From: Camelus ferus
Taxonomy: Eukaryota
Assembly: GCF_009834535.1 (NCBI RefSeq)
Contig: NC_045703.1
Location: forward strand, 47,368,001-47,432,000
Direction of reading: 5' to 3'
Length of the DNA: 64,000 bases
Below, in pieces: positions 1 to 14,370 of this stretch; position 1 is the first letter of the stretch, and each line of letters begins with the position of its first letter. The notes under the pieces were generated by a model. That model worked only from the letters and a program-made list of their open reading frames with translations, did not search any database and was not told the DNA's origin. The translations under genes and the position numbers were made by a program.

Positions 1-200
1 TATAGAGGCAATTGAAAAGTCAGTAGAGACTGAGTAATGTTGTGGGGACAGAAGATAGGTTGAAGTTGGTCGAGGAATGGGATGGAAACGAAGAAACAGA
101 GCCATCTTCAAAAAACAGCTGTTAAAGAAAGGAAGAAAAGTAACTGAATGTGGTAAGACAGCATGAGTCTTGGAAGAGATTTCACTTTTTAGGATAAGAA
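1..200 (-). mobile_element. L2 LINE fragment (old, degenerate)
   Basis: Purine-rich segment resembling L2 internal sequence in antisense (gaaacagagccatcttcaaaaaacagctgttaaagaaaggaagaaaag). Confidence 0.45.
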
Positions 201-3200
201 GCAGTTCAGCGCTCCTGCACGTTCTTGTAATACACTTTTCCCTCTTTTCCCGTGCCCCTCCCTTCTCTCTCTGTCTATTTTTTATTACCAAGTTAAATTA
301 GTCTCTGTTGTTTGCAAACAAAATAAGTCTGTTTAAGACAAGCATCCTTTTTGGAAATAACAGAACGAGTTATCCCTTCCTACTATGTGTCAAAGGAACT
401 TTAGAGAAAATTCAGAATCGTGGAGAAAGAAACCAACGTGAAAGAACAGTATTAATAGAAGTTTGCATTTATTAAGAGTTTATCACATTCCTGGCACTAA
501 GCTCTTTAAAAACATCATCACTTATAATTCTCATGCAGCCCCTTGACTTTGGGGCTAAATATAAATACCAAGTATAGAATTGGCTAATTTGAAGACCTCA
601 ATCAATCATTTAAACAATGACCTGTAGATGGGGGAAGATACAGTCAAAGTTGAACCATTTTACCTGGTTAACAAACTGTTGCTATGCAATAACTTGGACT
701 GTGTCAGATTAAACATTTGAGAGTCATAACTGATCAGATGAAAGAAAGTAAAAATATACCTGAAGAACGTTATTACATGGTAACACTTTAGTACTGAGTT
801 TGTACAAAACTTTTGGAAATAAAATGGCATTTAAATTAAAAGGAGGGAAGTTTCTAAAATGTTCCAGTAGCAGATCGAGTCTGCTACTGGATATAATTTG
901 AAAAATCACAAACTACTTCTTTTTCACTTCTTCCTAGTTCTCAGTACAGGTTTCTCTCTTTGCTGGGGGAGGAGTATTTGAAATTTAACTTTGATGTCTT
1001 TTTTCAGTAAAGTCAGTGGAATCAAAACTCCTTGGGACCAAAAAGACATAAAACAAATGTACATGAACAGTACTTTAAAATGCACTCTAATTCATTAGAG
1101 TCATATCCACTGGTCTTATTTGTGTCATATAGAAATATGAGATGGTTTAAAAATAATAAACAATTTTTTTTCTCTCAACAAAAAGCTCCATTTTCTACCT
1201 CAGATAAGGGTGGTCTCAAGTAAATCTGAAACAAATTGCTGCCATGATAATCCCTCTCTGATATGACATGCTGGTCAGGAAAGAAATCACAAGTGTCTCA
1301 GAAATGAGCTGACTTAGCTGGTGAACAATACATTCATTGTCATCTGATGAGATGAATATAATCTATTATCTTTACACATAAAAATAAAGTATTTTTTAAG
1401 AAAGGAGTATGTTTATCTGGATAAAATAAATTATCACCTAATTATCTTTAATAATTTTGAACCCCATATAAATAATTTAAAATGAATACATTTTGTTTGA
1501 TCTTTTATTGATTTAAATTGCTGGTGATCTCTGTATGAAATGTCATTAGATAAAATAATAGTCATGTGAAACTCAAATAAGGCTTAATTAATATAAGTAA
1601 GTTTACTGAACAAAGAAGTATCTTTGTTCAAATATCTCTTGGGATGAAAATGGAAAAAAAATGAATTTTTAATGCCCAAGTTTGATTCTCATCCCTGATT
1701 TTGTACTGAAATGATCATCTTGCCTTCTAGAATCATATTTTATGTGATGTTTCAGGACTCCCCTAGTAATACCACAATTACTGACAAAATCACAGGTCTA
1801 GTCACTGAGACAGCAAGAGTTACATCACAGGCTAAAGGCTCGACCTGGAGAATAGAAGTAAAAAGCCTTTTTTTTTTTTCATTCTTAAAAAAGTCTTTAT
1901 TTTGGTTGCTTACATTTGAACTTAAACTTGTTTTTATTTAGTACATTTCATTTTGTTTAAGTCCAGACCTTTGACTAGCTCAAGAAATTATTCCAAACAG
2001 AGTTACAGAGGGGCTGTTTCAAGTGGATTAAAATATGGTACTTGTGATAATGTTAAATAGCTTATGCAAAAACAGTTTTTGATGCAATAAACAACTTTTC
2101 TGAAAATATGAGAAATGACTTAAATATAGATTAGGTTTGAAAACGTATTATACTAAAGCCTCAGAAGCAAGTTTTTTTTTTTTTAATTCTAATATTTTTA
2201 AAAACTCTTCAATAGTATGCAATTCGAAAATACCAATTTTTTCTGGACAATTGATACAGATACAAATCCAAGTGTACCAAAAAATGGTACTTAGATTTCC
2301 TGGCAGGCCAATTCATGTTAAGTTTCAAATCTAGCAAGGAAGACCCAAGTGTGTTTTTTATTAAAGCTTAAACAACCAGCTAGTGTAATGTTCCTGAAGT
2401 TTCATCCATCATGCTACCAATTTCTTCATACTAAGGAAACATTATATTCTCTTGTTATGTCTCAAAGACAAGAAATACATTCAAGAAGTTTTTCCAGTGA
2501 CAAATGAATAATTCAGGGAATGAAAGTCATAGACAGCATTGTGCTTGCTAGAAGGTATTCAGAAGGGGCAAAGAGATTTCCAAAGCATTTTACTATAGTA
2601 TGAACCATGCCTAGTTGAGCCTTAAGTGGTGAAATCTAAGGACTTATGTTTGCATTTTTTTCTGGTCACACAGAATTCAGAGCTCATTCACCAGTGAGCA
2701 GTGGGAAATAGTCCCAGAAATCACCATGCTTTCAAGGGGGGGAAATATGTCTTTATGGAGAACATGTAACACAATCACAATTAGGACATAGTTTCTGATA
2801 GAAATTATAGCATGATGCAGGTTTTGTAAGAGAGCTCGCTGTTCTCGTATTGTCGGCAGATTGAGAGAGTTTGGATGTTCTTAAACAATGAGAAAATATT
2901 TGAAAATGAAAAATCAGACAAATGACTGTGATATGCTTCAGTAAAAAGGATTTAAAAATTTTAAAAAGTAATGGAGACTATAGCAACATTGAAAAATGCT
3001 CAATTTTTCATTGACTATGAAAAGTTAAGCTTATGGACAAAGACACAAATATAGAAAGAGTTGCATTAGTGTTTTGGGATGTATGTATAATTTTTTCCCC
3101 AAACAAATACAGTTTGGCCATGGCAATTAGTGTCCTTAGAATAAAAAAAAAAAATCAGGCAAATGAGGTGAATTTTGCTGCTGGAGAAATTACTTATTTT

Positions 3201-4439
3201 AGTTCAGTGGAAGGAGGCTGTTACATCTGACACGTTCAAGAAAACTCACGTTTCCCGCTGGTGCTGGCCCTGCTCTGATGTCTCATTATGGGAAGCAGAA
3301 AGTTTTGATCTCAACATTCTAAGGTTCTCCTCTGCCATTTTGACTCAGGAAAAAAAATGGTCTCATTAAGTAATTAACAAAAAAATCAAGTGGATGAAGA
3401 TCAAATCTGCATACAACTCTTCCTAACCCAAATTTAGATATGCAAAATGAGGTCAAGGGACATTTTTCTTGGACCAATAACAGCCAAGCACGTAATAAAA
3501 AAACAAAAACCACACAATGACTTAGGTAAAAATTGGTAATTAGGTAAAAAAAAAAAAAAAAACTATACATTAGCTAAATCTTCATTGATGATTTATATTA
3601 TAAAATTATTTTGAAAATAAATTCATTAAATCTGTAAAAAGTAACAAAAAATGGAAGTGGGTAACTGTGCTACTTCACAAATTACCAAGAGATTAGACTA
3701 ACAATACATTTTATAAGAAATCAGTGAATATATAAAAATTGATCTTTAAAGGTAAAATCCGGATGAGAACATTTATTTTCATAAACATGGATTCAGACTG
3801 TACTCAGATATAATATGGTAGATCCAAAATGACCACAAATTATAATATTCTATATTAAATTTTTTGAATTATTGTTCACTTATTGACAATTAACTTTTCA
3901 TGTAAAGCCAGTTACAAAGATAAGATCAACTATGTACTTCAGTGTTTCACCCAAAATAGTTACATTCTGTGAGTTCACTGAAAGCTCTGGCACAGTAAAT
4001 ATCTACTGCTTTCTGATGTGGTCACTCTCATCCAGTTTTGATTTGGTTAAACATAACAATCATTTCATACTCATGGCATTCTGCCACTGTTAATTTTTAA
4101 AAAGAAGAATAATTATGCCTAATTAACATTCTCTATATTGCTAGACCATAATAAATTCAAAGAGATTTTCTGTATTTATTTGAGTATTTAATAAAGAAAA
4201 AAAAATGGAACCATAAAATTTAATTTCAGCAGACCAGGGCAAGTTTCATGTTTAATAACTAAATTCTTAATAATAAATCTACTCAATATATAATATTTTT
4301 AGAATATTTAGGACTAGGGTTTATTTCAGTTGTATTGTCACCATTTTCATGGTTATCCAGGCTTGAAAATGTAGTCATCTTTATTTTCTCTCTCTTGTTA
4401 TTAATATCCTTTCTGTCATCAATCTCTTTATGTATCATT

Positions 4440-4950
4440 AATACGTATTTCCCTCCCTTTCCTCATAGCCACAATCAGCCTATACACAGAATGCTTCATG
4501 CCTGGATTACTCTGATTTGCCTGCCTCTAGCCTTTTCTCACTCTTCCCAATCATTTATATATTGATTACTTACAGCTTAGATTTCCTTTAAGTGTGTATA
4601 AAAACTCCATTTGTATCAGACTCAAGCTTCTGGTTCTGGTATTCAAAATGTCCAAAGTCTGGCTCATTTTACCATCTAATATTATCTTCCCCACTTAATC
4701 AATCTTCTTTAATCAGCTCACCGCTCTCAGAATTCCCATGCATGTATCCCATCCTCGCTTTGTTCACACACTGTCTGCCTCTCTTCAACCAGAATGTCCT
4801 CAGTCTTGTTATTACCACTCTATTATTCCACATCAACCCACTTTTGAATATGCATTTCAATTTCCACCTCCTCCTTAGAGTATTTTCTTGACAACCCCAG
4901 CTTACGCTGAAACTCTACATATAATTGTCTTTACCGTGTAGGCTTAACCA
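4440..4950 (+). mobile_element. L2 LINE 3' region fragment
   Basis: Pyrimidine-rich L2-like text (ctgcctctagcc..., ttcacacactgtctgcctctcttcaaccagaatgtcct); approximate boundaries. Confidence 0.5.
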
Positions 4951-5967
4951 TGGAAGTTTCTTGAATTGCTTTTTTTAAATGAAGTCTTTCTCCCCAGATT
5001 TTAAATTCCAGAAAGAAAAGTTAATGCATCAGCCTCTGCTGAGCAATGGAAATCATTAAGTCAGTGAATAATAGATGGAATTGAAATGAAGTTGTGAGAT
5101 CTAAAGAATCAAAATGGCTTAAAGTGTTCTGTCAATCATACCAGATAGGCACTGTTGTCAGGTTTTACAGACTTTATATTGGTAAACAAGAGAAAGGACT
5201 CATAATGGAAACCTAAATTGCAGGAATTCACATATTCCCTTGTGATTACACAACATACAACAAAAAGTTAGAATTTAAATTTAATACAGAAGAAAGTTAT
5301 TCAGTGAATAGGGCTTTTTCTATAAGGATAATTTATTTTATCAGAAAGAGTAATTAGAGTTTATCTCAAGAAATGACTTTGTACTGATTTTAGCAACCCT
5401 AGTACTTGACATAAGAAAAGTTCTTACAAAGAATCAATTTAAGAAATTATGTCGGTATACAACTATCTGACATCACAACTATTTGCTTGAGAAGGTGAAA
5501 GTCATAAATTAAAACTAGACTTAAGAAACGTGTTTTAGTGGCTTCATCAATTCTCTGAGAGAGTAGGAAGAACAGAGAAACTGAACTAGATTTCTCTTAA
5601 CTCTTATCTCTAGTTTGATTTATTAAGATCAAGCATTAATTTCAGTGTTCCCCACAAAAATGTTTCATCTCACATGGCAATTTAAAATACGTTTATCACT
5701 TCATACATGCTCAGTCGACGCCACATTCGATATTCTTTGAAAGTTAGAAATGCCTTGTTTCTTATCTCTACTCTGACTTCCAAATCATAGTCATCCTTCA
5801 TTTTACAGCAGAAAGAGTTTATCCAGTGTTTTTCTTTCCCTTTTCCTTTACAAGCGCCTCGGTTTTTCACCTTTAATAATCAAACTGATTTGAAAGTATA
5901 GAACTCATGAATCCAAGATTATCCAGATTTAGTCTTTGGTAGATATGTTAACCTTCCCTTTTTCCTC

Positions 5968-6115
5968 TAGAATCTGAAGACCAGAGATTCAAGCTTACTT
6001 CTGCCACCTACAAACCACTGACCTTAAGCCAGATAATATCTCGTAGGCTCAGAGTGTTTATCTGTAAAACCTGTGAGTGATAATAATGCCTGCTTTCATA
6101 AAGCTATTGGGGATG
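5968..6115 (+). mobile_element. MIR SINE
   Basis: MIR core-like ctgccacctacaaaccactgaccttaagcc...tttatctgtaaaa...gataataatgcctgc. Confidence 0.6.
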
Positions 6116-6843
6116 CTGAACTCTAAAGTTTCTGGCTATGGTGTGCCTTCCGACGTTGAAAAAATATATTTTATGACTGAGTCTGGATATGTTGTGATGT
6201 AAAAGTTACTGAAAATTAAATTACAATACACACTGATTCAACCTGTAATACATTTTTGATCTGATCTTCTGCATGTGATGCAGAACCAAGAAAAGGGTCA
6301 TCGGTGCTCACTGAAAAAAGGAAAAGCAAAAGACAGGAATTTGGATGAGTTTACAGACCCTGCATGAGTGGTTCTTTATCCATCTTTCCAACTTTTTCCA
6401 TCACTGTTGGCTGCAGTGTGTTTGCACACTTCATTCATTTATTGAAACATGTTTATTGAGTGCTTACTATTTGTTAACACTCCCTATGCTGTTAAGACTT
6501 TTTCTAATGGTCATAGGATAACATTCAGTTGTTTCTAAGAAATATCAAAATTCTGACCTGTTACTGTCTGATTTAATACTAATAGGTTAACTTAAAGTCC
6601 CTGAGCAAAAATATGAAGAAAATTTTAGAGAAAATAGTAGTATTATTGAACATTTGATAGTTTTAAACAAATATATCATTATTGTCATATATAGCAATTG
6701 TAAGAAAAAAATTCAAATTAATCTCTATTATTCCTTCTTCAGTGGCATATCAAAGTCAGGGTGGTGGGAGCAGACTACCCTGAGGGAAAATAGCAAGGGA
6801 TGCGCTGCCCTTGGAGAATTTAAAAACAATATTACAATCAACT

Positions 6844-6970
6844 ATAATGAAAAAGAATATGAAAAGGGATATATGTATGTATATATATGACTGAAACATT
6901 ATGTTGGACACCAGAAATTGATACAACATTGTAAACTGACTATGCTTCAATAAAATTTTAAAAAAGAAAA
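6844..6970 (+). mobile_element. L1 3' end, heavily 5'-truncated (camelid-type tail)
   Basis: gactgaaacattatgttggacaccagaaattgatacaacattgtaaactgactatgcttcaataaaa, then A-rich tail; same 3' end as the copies at 30884 and 35751. Confidence 0.85.
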
Positions 6971-7697
6971 CAACCCAATTTTTTAAAAAAGAGTTTAAAC
7001 AAAATACATAGACAGTCAAGGACAGACATTGTTATTTTTTAAATTATTTTCTTGTTGAAAGACAAGACAAGGAAGTACTAAGCCAAGAGCTCTATGTGGA
7101 GATAACCACCATCATTTGAACGGCTAGTCATTATTAAGATAATTCCAAGAATTGTTAGGTAGCATAATTGGTGCCATGAAAATTTTTCCCCATATTTCAG
7201 AGATGCCAGTGAAATGACCGCCTATGGACATTTTTAAAAAATATTTTAAAATTGTGTTCCAAAATTTATGTTTAACCCAGGTTAAAAAATCCAAAGCAGA
7301 CACTGATTGCACTTCATTTCCTTTAGTAGATTTTATGTTGTAAAACACAAAACAGATCAGGAAACTTTTTTGTCCAAATGTGGTTTACTTCCTTATTTTC
7401 AGTTCCCCAATCCCTAATTTCCCTTCTTTTCACTTCCCCCAATCAGGAGGGCTAGACTAAACTAGATTCAATCTTCTCTCTCTCTCTTTTTTTGGATCTC
7501 TCTAAACCAGAATGGTCTTACACATGATTTATCTTGGTGAAGCTATTAGACATATGAGGAACCCAAAGCAACAGAGAGATGAGAGCCAACTGTAAGCCTT
7601 TGTACAGCAGGTGAGAGCCCACAGCCAATGGCTATATCTTCCTAAGGCAGACAGACCTGTCTTCAGGTTGTTTGTGCTGTTGTTTCTGTTTTTCTGG

Positions 7698-7783
7698 TTT
7701 TTTTTTTTTTTTGATTGAACTATAGTTGATTTACAATGTTGTGTTAGTTTCTATTGTACAGCATGGTGATTCAGTTATACATA
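7698..7783 (-). mobile_element. L1 extreme 3' end (second variant)
   Basis: poly-T then gattgaactatagttgatttacaatgttgtgttagtttctattgtacagcatggtgattcagttata; reverse complement matches the end of the L1 at 14829-15416. Confidence 0.85.
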
Positions 7784-9549
7784 TTTTTAAGCTTGGAGAT
7801 CTTTCTTAAGTGATTAAATAGCAGGTAACATGTCCTATCTCATTAGGACTTGCAGGTTTTTCTTAAGTGTTTGAATATCCCAGGTAATGCAGCCTGTGCC
7901 ACCAAGGGCATGGGGAAGACTTCCAGGTAAAAACGAGCCCAACTCCTTCCAAAATGCTTGGAACTTCTTTAAGTGAGAAGCAAAACTTTTCACTCCAGAA
8001 TTAAAAGAAGGCTTAAAAACCAAAGTGCAAGTAGTTTGCATCAGATCCTTTCAGATGCTTTTCCCAAGTAGGGTATTTGCTAAGGAAAAAGGTAGTAGCT
8101 GTACAAAAGGACATTGACTACATGATGGGACACAAATGAAGAGGGATGGCATGAAGGAAGGCAAAAGTTGAAGACTGAAGACTTACCTTTCATAAACTCT
8201 GCAGTGCAGGTCATCTTCAGTTCACCTGTTTACCCCTCTCTTAGATACCTGATATCAAGCTGCTCACTGGGTGCCTAAAGCCTTTTATTTCATTACATCA
8301 CATGAATCTGTTTTGCTGGCACATTTCAAGCCCTAGAACATTCATGACCTCTTCCTAACATCAGATTGACTTCTGCATCTGATTACTCAAAGAAGGCCTT
8401 GAGGAATGGGAAATGACTAATCTGAAAAATGAGTCTCTGTCAAGGTAATGATTTAGGGGCATTATCCCTTCCCAGCCATATGAGACTATGTATCCTGAAA
8501 TTCTCAGTCCAAAGTCATTCCGATGGCCAAAGTAGGAAGATAGTTTGGTTGGAGTGGGGGCAGAGTCCTTAAACAATTCTGAATCAACAACTTCTTACTC
8601 TACTATGATGGAGCTGGCCCTGTGTCTAGATATTCTGTAATAGTATGGAAAAATCTATACCAGATTCATGCCTTTTGCAGCCAAGACTAAGCCATTCCCC
8701 AACAAGCAAGACTCTTTGGTATGAATCTAGTAGTCTATCATCTCAACAGAGACTCAAAACATTTTATTAGACCCACGTGCTATCACAGTAGCTTACATAA
8801 AAGCAAACATCTAGGGTATCCTAGGTATTGATTTAAGTGTTTCACATGCATTAATGTTGCTAATCCTTACAACAATTTATTGTTATTATTTTATTATCCC
8901 TATATTTTCCCTTTCTATATATCCCTATATAAAGAAGCCAAGGCAGATAGAATTTTGATAATTTGAAATGGAGTTGCTGGGATTTGAAACCAGATAGTAA
9001 CATTACCAGAATCCATGTTCTCTCAGCCGCACTCTAAACACCCCTCTGCCCGACTTAGAGAAAGCTTAGTTTGCTATCAAAGAAGAAGTAACCCCAGGCA
9101 GGTATCCCCATGACACTGTTTATCCCTACAATTACAGTTGCCACATTTTGCTATAAATTGTACCTTTGTGCCCACTAGAGTGGGGTCTTCTTGAAGACAG
9201 ATATTTTTACTTTATTATTCATCTTTGTTTCCTGTTTGTAAAATGGATCAGTTTGTGTGATTTTTTTTGTGGAAGGCAGTTGCAGGAGATGTCAGAGTTA
9301 CACAGGAGAAGATCTGGTCTGTGTCCGAGGAGCCTACATTACTGTCACAGGACCCCTGGAGCTGTGCTGTAACTGGCTCCATAACCAAGTCTGAGCTGGG
9401 CATTCCTCTCACAGTAAAACAAACACATAATGGACCTTTCATGACCCAGACATAAGTCTTGATAAAACCCTCCAAGCATCAATCGTTAGCAAAACAAAAA
9501 ATTTTAAAATCTACCTAGAGTATACCAACTTTCTGGTTATCACCACCTG

Positions 9550-10103
9550 AACACACGAGGAAAAGGAACTTGTTAAACCAAACCATAGAAATACAGCTGG
9601 CAATATCCAGACTATGAGAAATTGGACAGGCAAATGACTAGGGCTCTTCAATAAATAAAATACGAGGGAAAATTAAAACAAGAGGGAGAGCCCATAGATT
9701 TTTTAAATGATAGAAGCAATAAATCAAAGTAAATGTACTGTGTGAATCCTGACTAACAGACTGAAACAAAGCAAAACCCTTTAGAGACAGTTGGGGAAAT
9801 CTGAACAGTGATAGGCTACTCAGTAATATTAAGGAAATGTTAGTCACTTATTGTCAATTTCTTTTTAGATGTGAAAATGTCAATGTTACATTTTAAAAAA
9901 GAATTGTGGTCTTTTAGAGACACACTCCAAAGTATTTAACAGTGAAATGATAGGATGCCTTGGATTTGCTTTAAAATCCATGGTGGATTTACCATGAGTT
10001 GATAATTATTTAGAGTGGGTCTTGGGTGCATGCATGATGGATAGACTCATTTCACTATTTTTGTATGACTTAAACTTTTCCAGAATAAAAAGTTAAAAAA
10101 AAA
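9550..10103 (+). mobile_element. Old L1 3' UTR (L1MC/L1ME-like)
   Basis: gaaatgataggatgccttggatttgctttaaaat...ttgataatt...ttcactatttttgtatg...aataaaaagttaaaaaaaaa, typical of eutherian L1M 3' ends. Confidence 0.7.
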
Positions 10104-10209
10104 ACCCTTTTCTTTAGCAAAATGGCTTATAAGTCCATCATGGTTTTCTTACATGAAAATTTGGTCTGGAACTGAGCACTTTCTTGTCATTCATTAGCAA
10201 ATTACCTGC

Positions 10210-11162
10210 TTTATCAGTTACATATTGCTGTGTCCCAAACCACCCCAAAACTTAGGGTAAAATAACAACCAGCATTTATTTTGGTCCCCAACTTGCAATT
10301 TGGGTGAGGCTAGTGGGACAGCCCATCTTTATTCCATGCAGCATCTGATGGGGAAGCGTACCGAGGGTGTGGAGGATTTACATTCAAGATGACATTCATA
10401 TTGGCTGTGTTAAAGAACAGAAAAAATCAGTGATATTTGTTAATGATGGAAAAGGCAGACTTTATTCAGGACCATCACCGTAAGGGTAGGGACCACTGTA
10501 GTTAACTTGACAATGAGGGGGAAAGATTAGGCTCAACTCTGAACACAGCAGAGGCAAGTGGAAACTTATAGCCAGAGAGCAGGGTTGGGGCCAGTGGATG
10601 GAAATTTACTAAGAGGAAAAATCAGTGGTAAGGGAGATTCTGGCTAAGTTAACCTAACAGGACTCTTGCTGAAAATCAGACATCATCTGGGTGATGGTAG
10701 CAGATGAGAAACCTGATCAGATAATAAGGGTGATTAGAGATCAAGGGGCGGAGGGGAGTCTGGTTAAACTGACTTAGCAGAGTTCTTGCTAAAACTAGAT
10801 TTTATAAGGAAGTTCACAGACAGACCCAGGAAAAGGTTCAGGAGAGTTTGTTCAAGGCAAGAATCTTGGTGGCAAGATGGTGCTGGCAGTCAGGTTAAGA
10901 GTTCTGCCAGGGATGTGAGCTGTGGGCCTTGGTTCCTCTCTACCTGAGCTACTTGGACTTCCTAGGGGCATGTTCCAGGAGCAAGAGTCCCAAGAGACAG
11001 AAAGAAGAAATTGCCAGCTTCTTAAGGTCTGAGTGCAAAGTGGGCAGGGCAGCATTTCCTTTGGCTGTGGGTCTTGCAATCACACCACCTAGATTCAAGA
11101 GGGAGGAACACAGATCCACCTCTCAACAGGAAACTGTCAAGAATTTTGAGGCCATGTTTTAA
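10210..11162 (-). mobile_element. MLT1 (MaLR, F/G/H-like) solo LTR, interrupted by MER31
   Basis: attgctgtgtcccaaaccaccccaaaacttag at left, aagaattttgaggccatgttttaaaac at right; the halves rejoin across the 10408-10871 insert. Confidence 0.75.
10408..10871 (-). mobile_element. MER31-like ERV1 solo LTR
   Basis: Reverse strand reads ...ttagcaagaactctgctaagtcagtttaa...atctgatcaggtttctcatc...gtcctgaataaagtc...ttctttaaca, matching the MER31 consensus as I recall it, including AATAAA. Confidence 0.85.
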
Positions 11163-12014
11163 AACTGACCTATCAGCCTTTACAGTCAGTCACAGAGCCT
11201 CAGGACAGGTGTCAAACCACAGAACCATCTTATGAGGATAACTAGAATAAATGTTACTGATATTTGGGGCTTGAAACAGCAGCAGCTCTCCGGATGGTGG
11301 GTCCAGCCAATGAGTAGAAATGAGCACAATCTTCACATAGACCATACTCGGGCTGAGGTAAGGAAGGGTGAAACAAATCACTGCAATTGTTTGGTGTGGC
11401 TGAGAGTTAAATGTGGTAGCAAGGAAAGTAAACGATAGCCAATGCACTGAGTGTAACTGCCCTCCCAGTATCCTAGCTGGGTCATAGAAATGTCCTCAGC
11501 TGGCTGGGCCATCAGAGGCTGCCCTCACTCTTTTTTTCTACTTTAATTGTGTGATATGCCAAGTAGTCACTGCCACCCAATTTTGCCCATGATTTTGGTA
11601 GAAATGGGATTTGGAAGTAGGGTGGAAAAGTTGACAATGGACATGTTTTGTAGACAAGATCGAAGGCTAAGAGAGTGACTGGGGAAAGTTGGGTAAAATG
11701 AGAGGTAGTTGGTGTTCTCCTTGATTTGTACCAGACAATGAAAAACTCAGATTTTCCCCTACAAGTCTGAATACATTCATTCAGCTAAAATGTTCTCAAG
11801 GTTAGAACCACAAGTAAATAATGATTTGAAATATACATTTTTCTTCTGAGACTTTTAAAAGCTCCTTTTAAATTGTGTTTTGTGCCAACCATCTCTTTTG
11901 GGAATCTTTTTCCACTTAACTGATTTCCATCCATCTGTCTTTAAGGAATTAATTTAATTGATACATTTGCTTTGTAACCTGCTTCTGATGACAGTGTCAT
12001 TTTAGACACTTCTA

Positions 12015-12920
12015 GATTCAGTTGTCCAATAGACATTTGTTAAGTGCCTTCTGTGAATTGTGCTTAGCCCTGGAGATCCTGGCTATTGAGACTGTAAATG
12101 AAAAATATATTTCATGGAGAGGTCCAAAAACACTGTGGGAACACAGTGGAGAGGAATAAACTCTGCCTTGGGAAGTAGGGGAAAGCTGCATAGAGCAGGT
12201 GACATTTGAGCTGAATCTTGATGGATGGGTGGAAGCCCGCTCATTGGAGAGAGAGGAAATAACATGTTCAAGTGTCCAGAGCTGTGAAAAATTCATGGTA
12301 TGTTGTGTGATAGAGAGAAGTTTAATGAAATGACTCACTGGGAGAAATATGATTGGTGAGGTGCTCTTTCTCCTGTTGTTGGTTTTTTGTTTTTTTTTTT
12401 TTTCCCTCCTGACCTAGACTGAAAAGAAAAAATTCCAGAGAACTAAAGCACTCTACATCACAGATTAGCAAAACACTGGCCCCAGTAAGCATCCCCCATG
12501 CCTGTCTTGGGTACTGGGAAGAACCATATATGCTGTACCAAGGAACTTCCACTTACAGGCAAAGGAGATGGGAAACGTTAAGCAGGTGAATGAAATGATC
12601 CTCTCTCTTTAACAAGGCAGTGGCTGGGAGGGGACGGGCTGTATGGATTTGAGGGAAATGGAAGAGGCAGAGTCAACAGTATTTACTGTTTCATTGGCTG
12701 ATGAAAGAGACAAAGGGAGGCATTGAGTTTGGGCACCTGGTACTATGGTGATGTCATTTTCAGACGAAAAAGGGGGAGCTTTTTGGAGAAGAGGGCAGTG
12801 AAAGAAATAAGTTCATCCCTGGGCAACTGACACCTGAAGAGCCTGAAGTACATCCAGGTATTGTTAGGGATCAGATACTCAGGAGGGGTCAGGATGAAGT
12901 TTATGTGCATGTAGGGAAGG
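12015..12920 (-). mobile_element. L2 LINE fragments
   Basis: gacatttgttaagtgcc...gtgacatttgagctgaatcttga..., then further L2-like purine-rich text at 12610-12920. Confidence 0.65.
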
Positions 12921-13589
12921 GGCTGTTGAAGTTGTGGAAATAGATCCCTTTTAACATTCTTTTCTTTCAAAGACATCTTGAACTTCTTCATTCTATTTAA
13001 AGTAATGCTTGTGAACTTTATATATATTTCTGGACTTAAAATTGAGTTTTAAATGGGTTCTGTAGAGTTTGGTTAATTTGACAATACATCATTATTTCTC
13101 AGAAACTTACTACCAACAGCTCTAAGCTTTAAGATGGTTTGGGGAAGTCACATCCCTTTAATGGTTATGTACTCTCCTTTTAACCTCTAGATTCATGGTT
13201 CTTCATGAGTTCCTACTTCGTTTCCTTGACAAGCATTTTTTTTTCTTTCAATTTTCTCTTTCTCTTTGTTCTCGTGTCTCTTGTGAACAATCATCTTTAG
13301 TCTAAGGCTTTTCTTACTCGGTTTGTCTCAGAAACCGTCACTCTTAGTCACCTTAAGATTCCTCTTTAAGAAATGCTTCTTGCCTTTTTCCATATTGGTG
13401 AGCTTCTCACAGGCCCTGGGTTACTACTTCTTGTTTTGGAATGAACTGAGTTTGCATTGTTTAATTAATCTCTGCAACCTACTGCCATTTTTTAGCTCCT
13501 TCTAGAAATTATAGCAGAAGTTATAGGTAAGTTGTAGCTGTTACGTACTGGGCCCCACCGAGCACTACTGAAGTAGCAATAGTAGCAGT

Positions 13590-13760
13590 GACAAAGGCTT
13601 GTGTATGTGCCAGGAACACCTTTAAGGGTATTGTATATATATAATTTTTTTATAGTCACTTAATACTTACTGCAGTGCCATCAGGTAGATACTATTATTA
13701 TCCTCACTTTACAGCTGAGGGAAGTAAGACACATTGAGTAATTTGTCCAAGGTCTCCAAA
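13590..13760 (-). mobile_element. MIR SINE
   Basis: aggtagatactattattatcctcactttacagctgagggaagtaagacaca...aatttgtccaaggtc. Confidence 0.7.
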
Positions 13761-14337
13761 CTTCAAGGTCATCAACCAGATTCCTGTCTGCAAACTTTAT
13801 TACTTTGGCGTCCATAAGTTGTTCTTGTTCAATCATAGCATCTTACAAATGTGCAGCACTGGTTTTAAGTGCTGAGTGTGCTTGGCACCTTTTCTAAAAT
13901 CTAGATAATTATATAGACGCAGTAGGTAATTGCATTTACTAAGGTCAAACTCACGAATACTCTGGTTGACTTGTCATAGGAAACAAGTCTTGAATTTGAC
14001 CTCTGTGAGCTCCCTGCATTACTTATCACCTGTGACATTTCCTCCTAAAATCCCGTGTGGCTGAGGAACGCTTATTGGAACCTCATTCAGTGATTCAAAG
14101 AAAGTCAGTGAGCACTTCCTGTCAAACCCTGCGTTCTCAGTGTCAAAACACACAAAAACTGTGATAAGCATCAAGTGATGTTTGGTGTCTAAGATCTTTC
14201 TGAAAGTGTCTAAGGAAACTACCCTTCTGAATTATCCTGAGGATTTATTGGATGGGTAGGTTATTATTGATCATTCTGATTACAATATAAATTATATTGA
14301 CCACCGAGGCCTGGTCAGTATTATGAAGGATTACACT

Positions 14338-14370
14338 GGTTTTTGGTTTTGGTTTTGGTTTTGGTTTTTT
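14338..14370. repeat. (GGTTTT)n microsatellite
   Basis: ggtttttggttttggttttggttttggtttttt. Confidence 0.85.
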
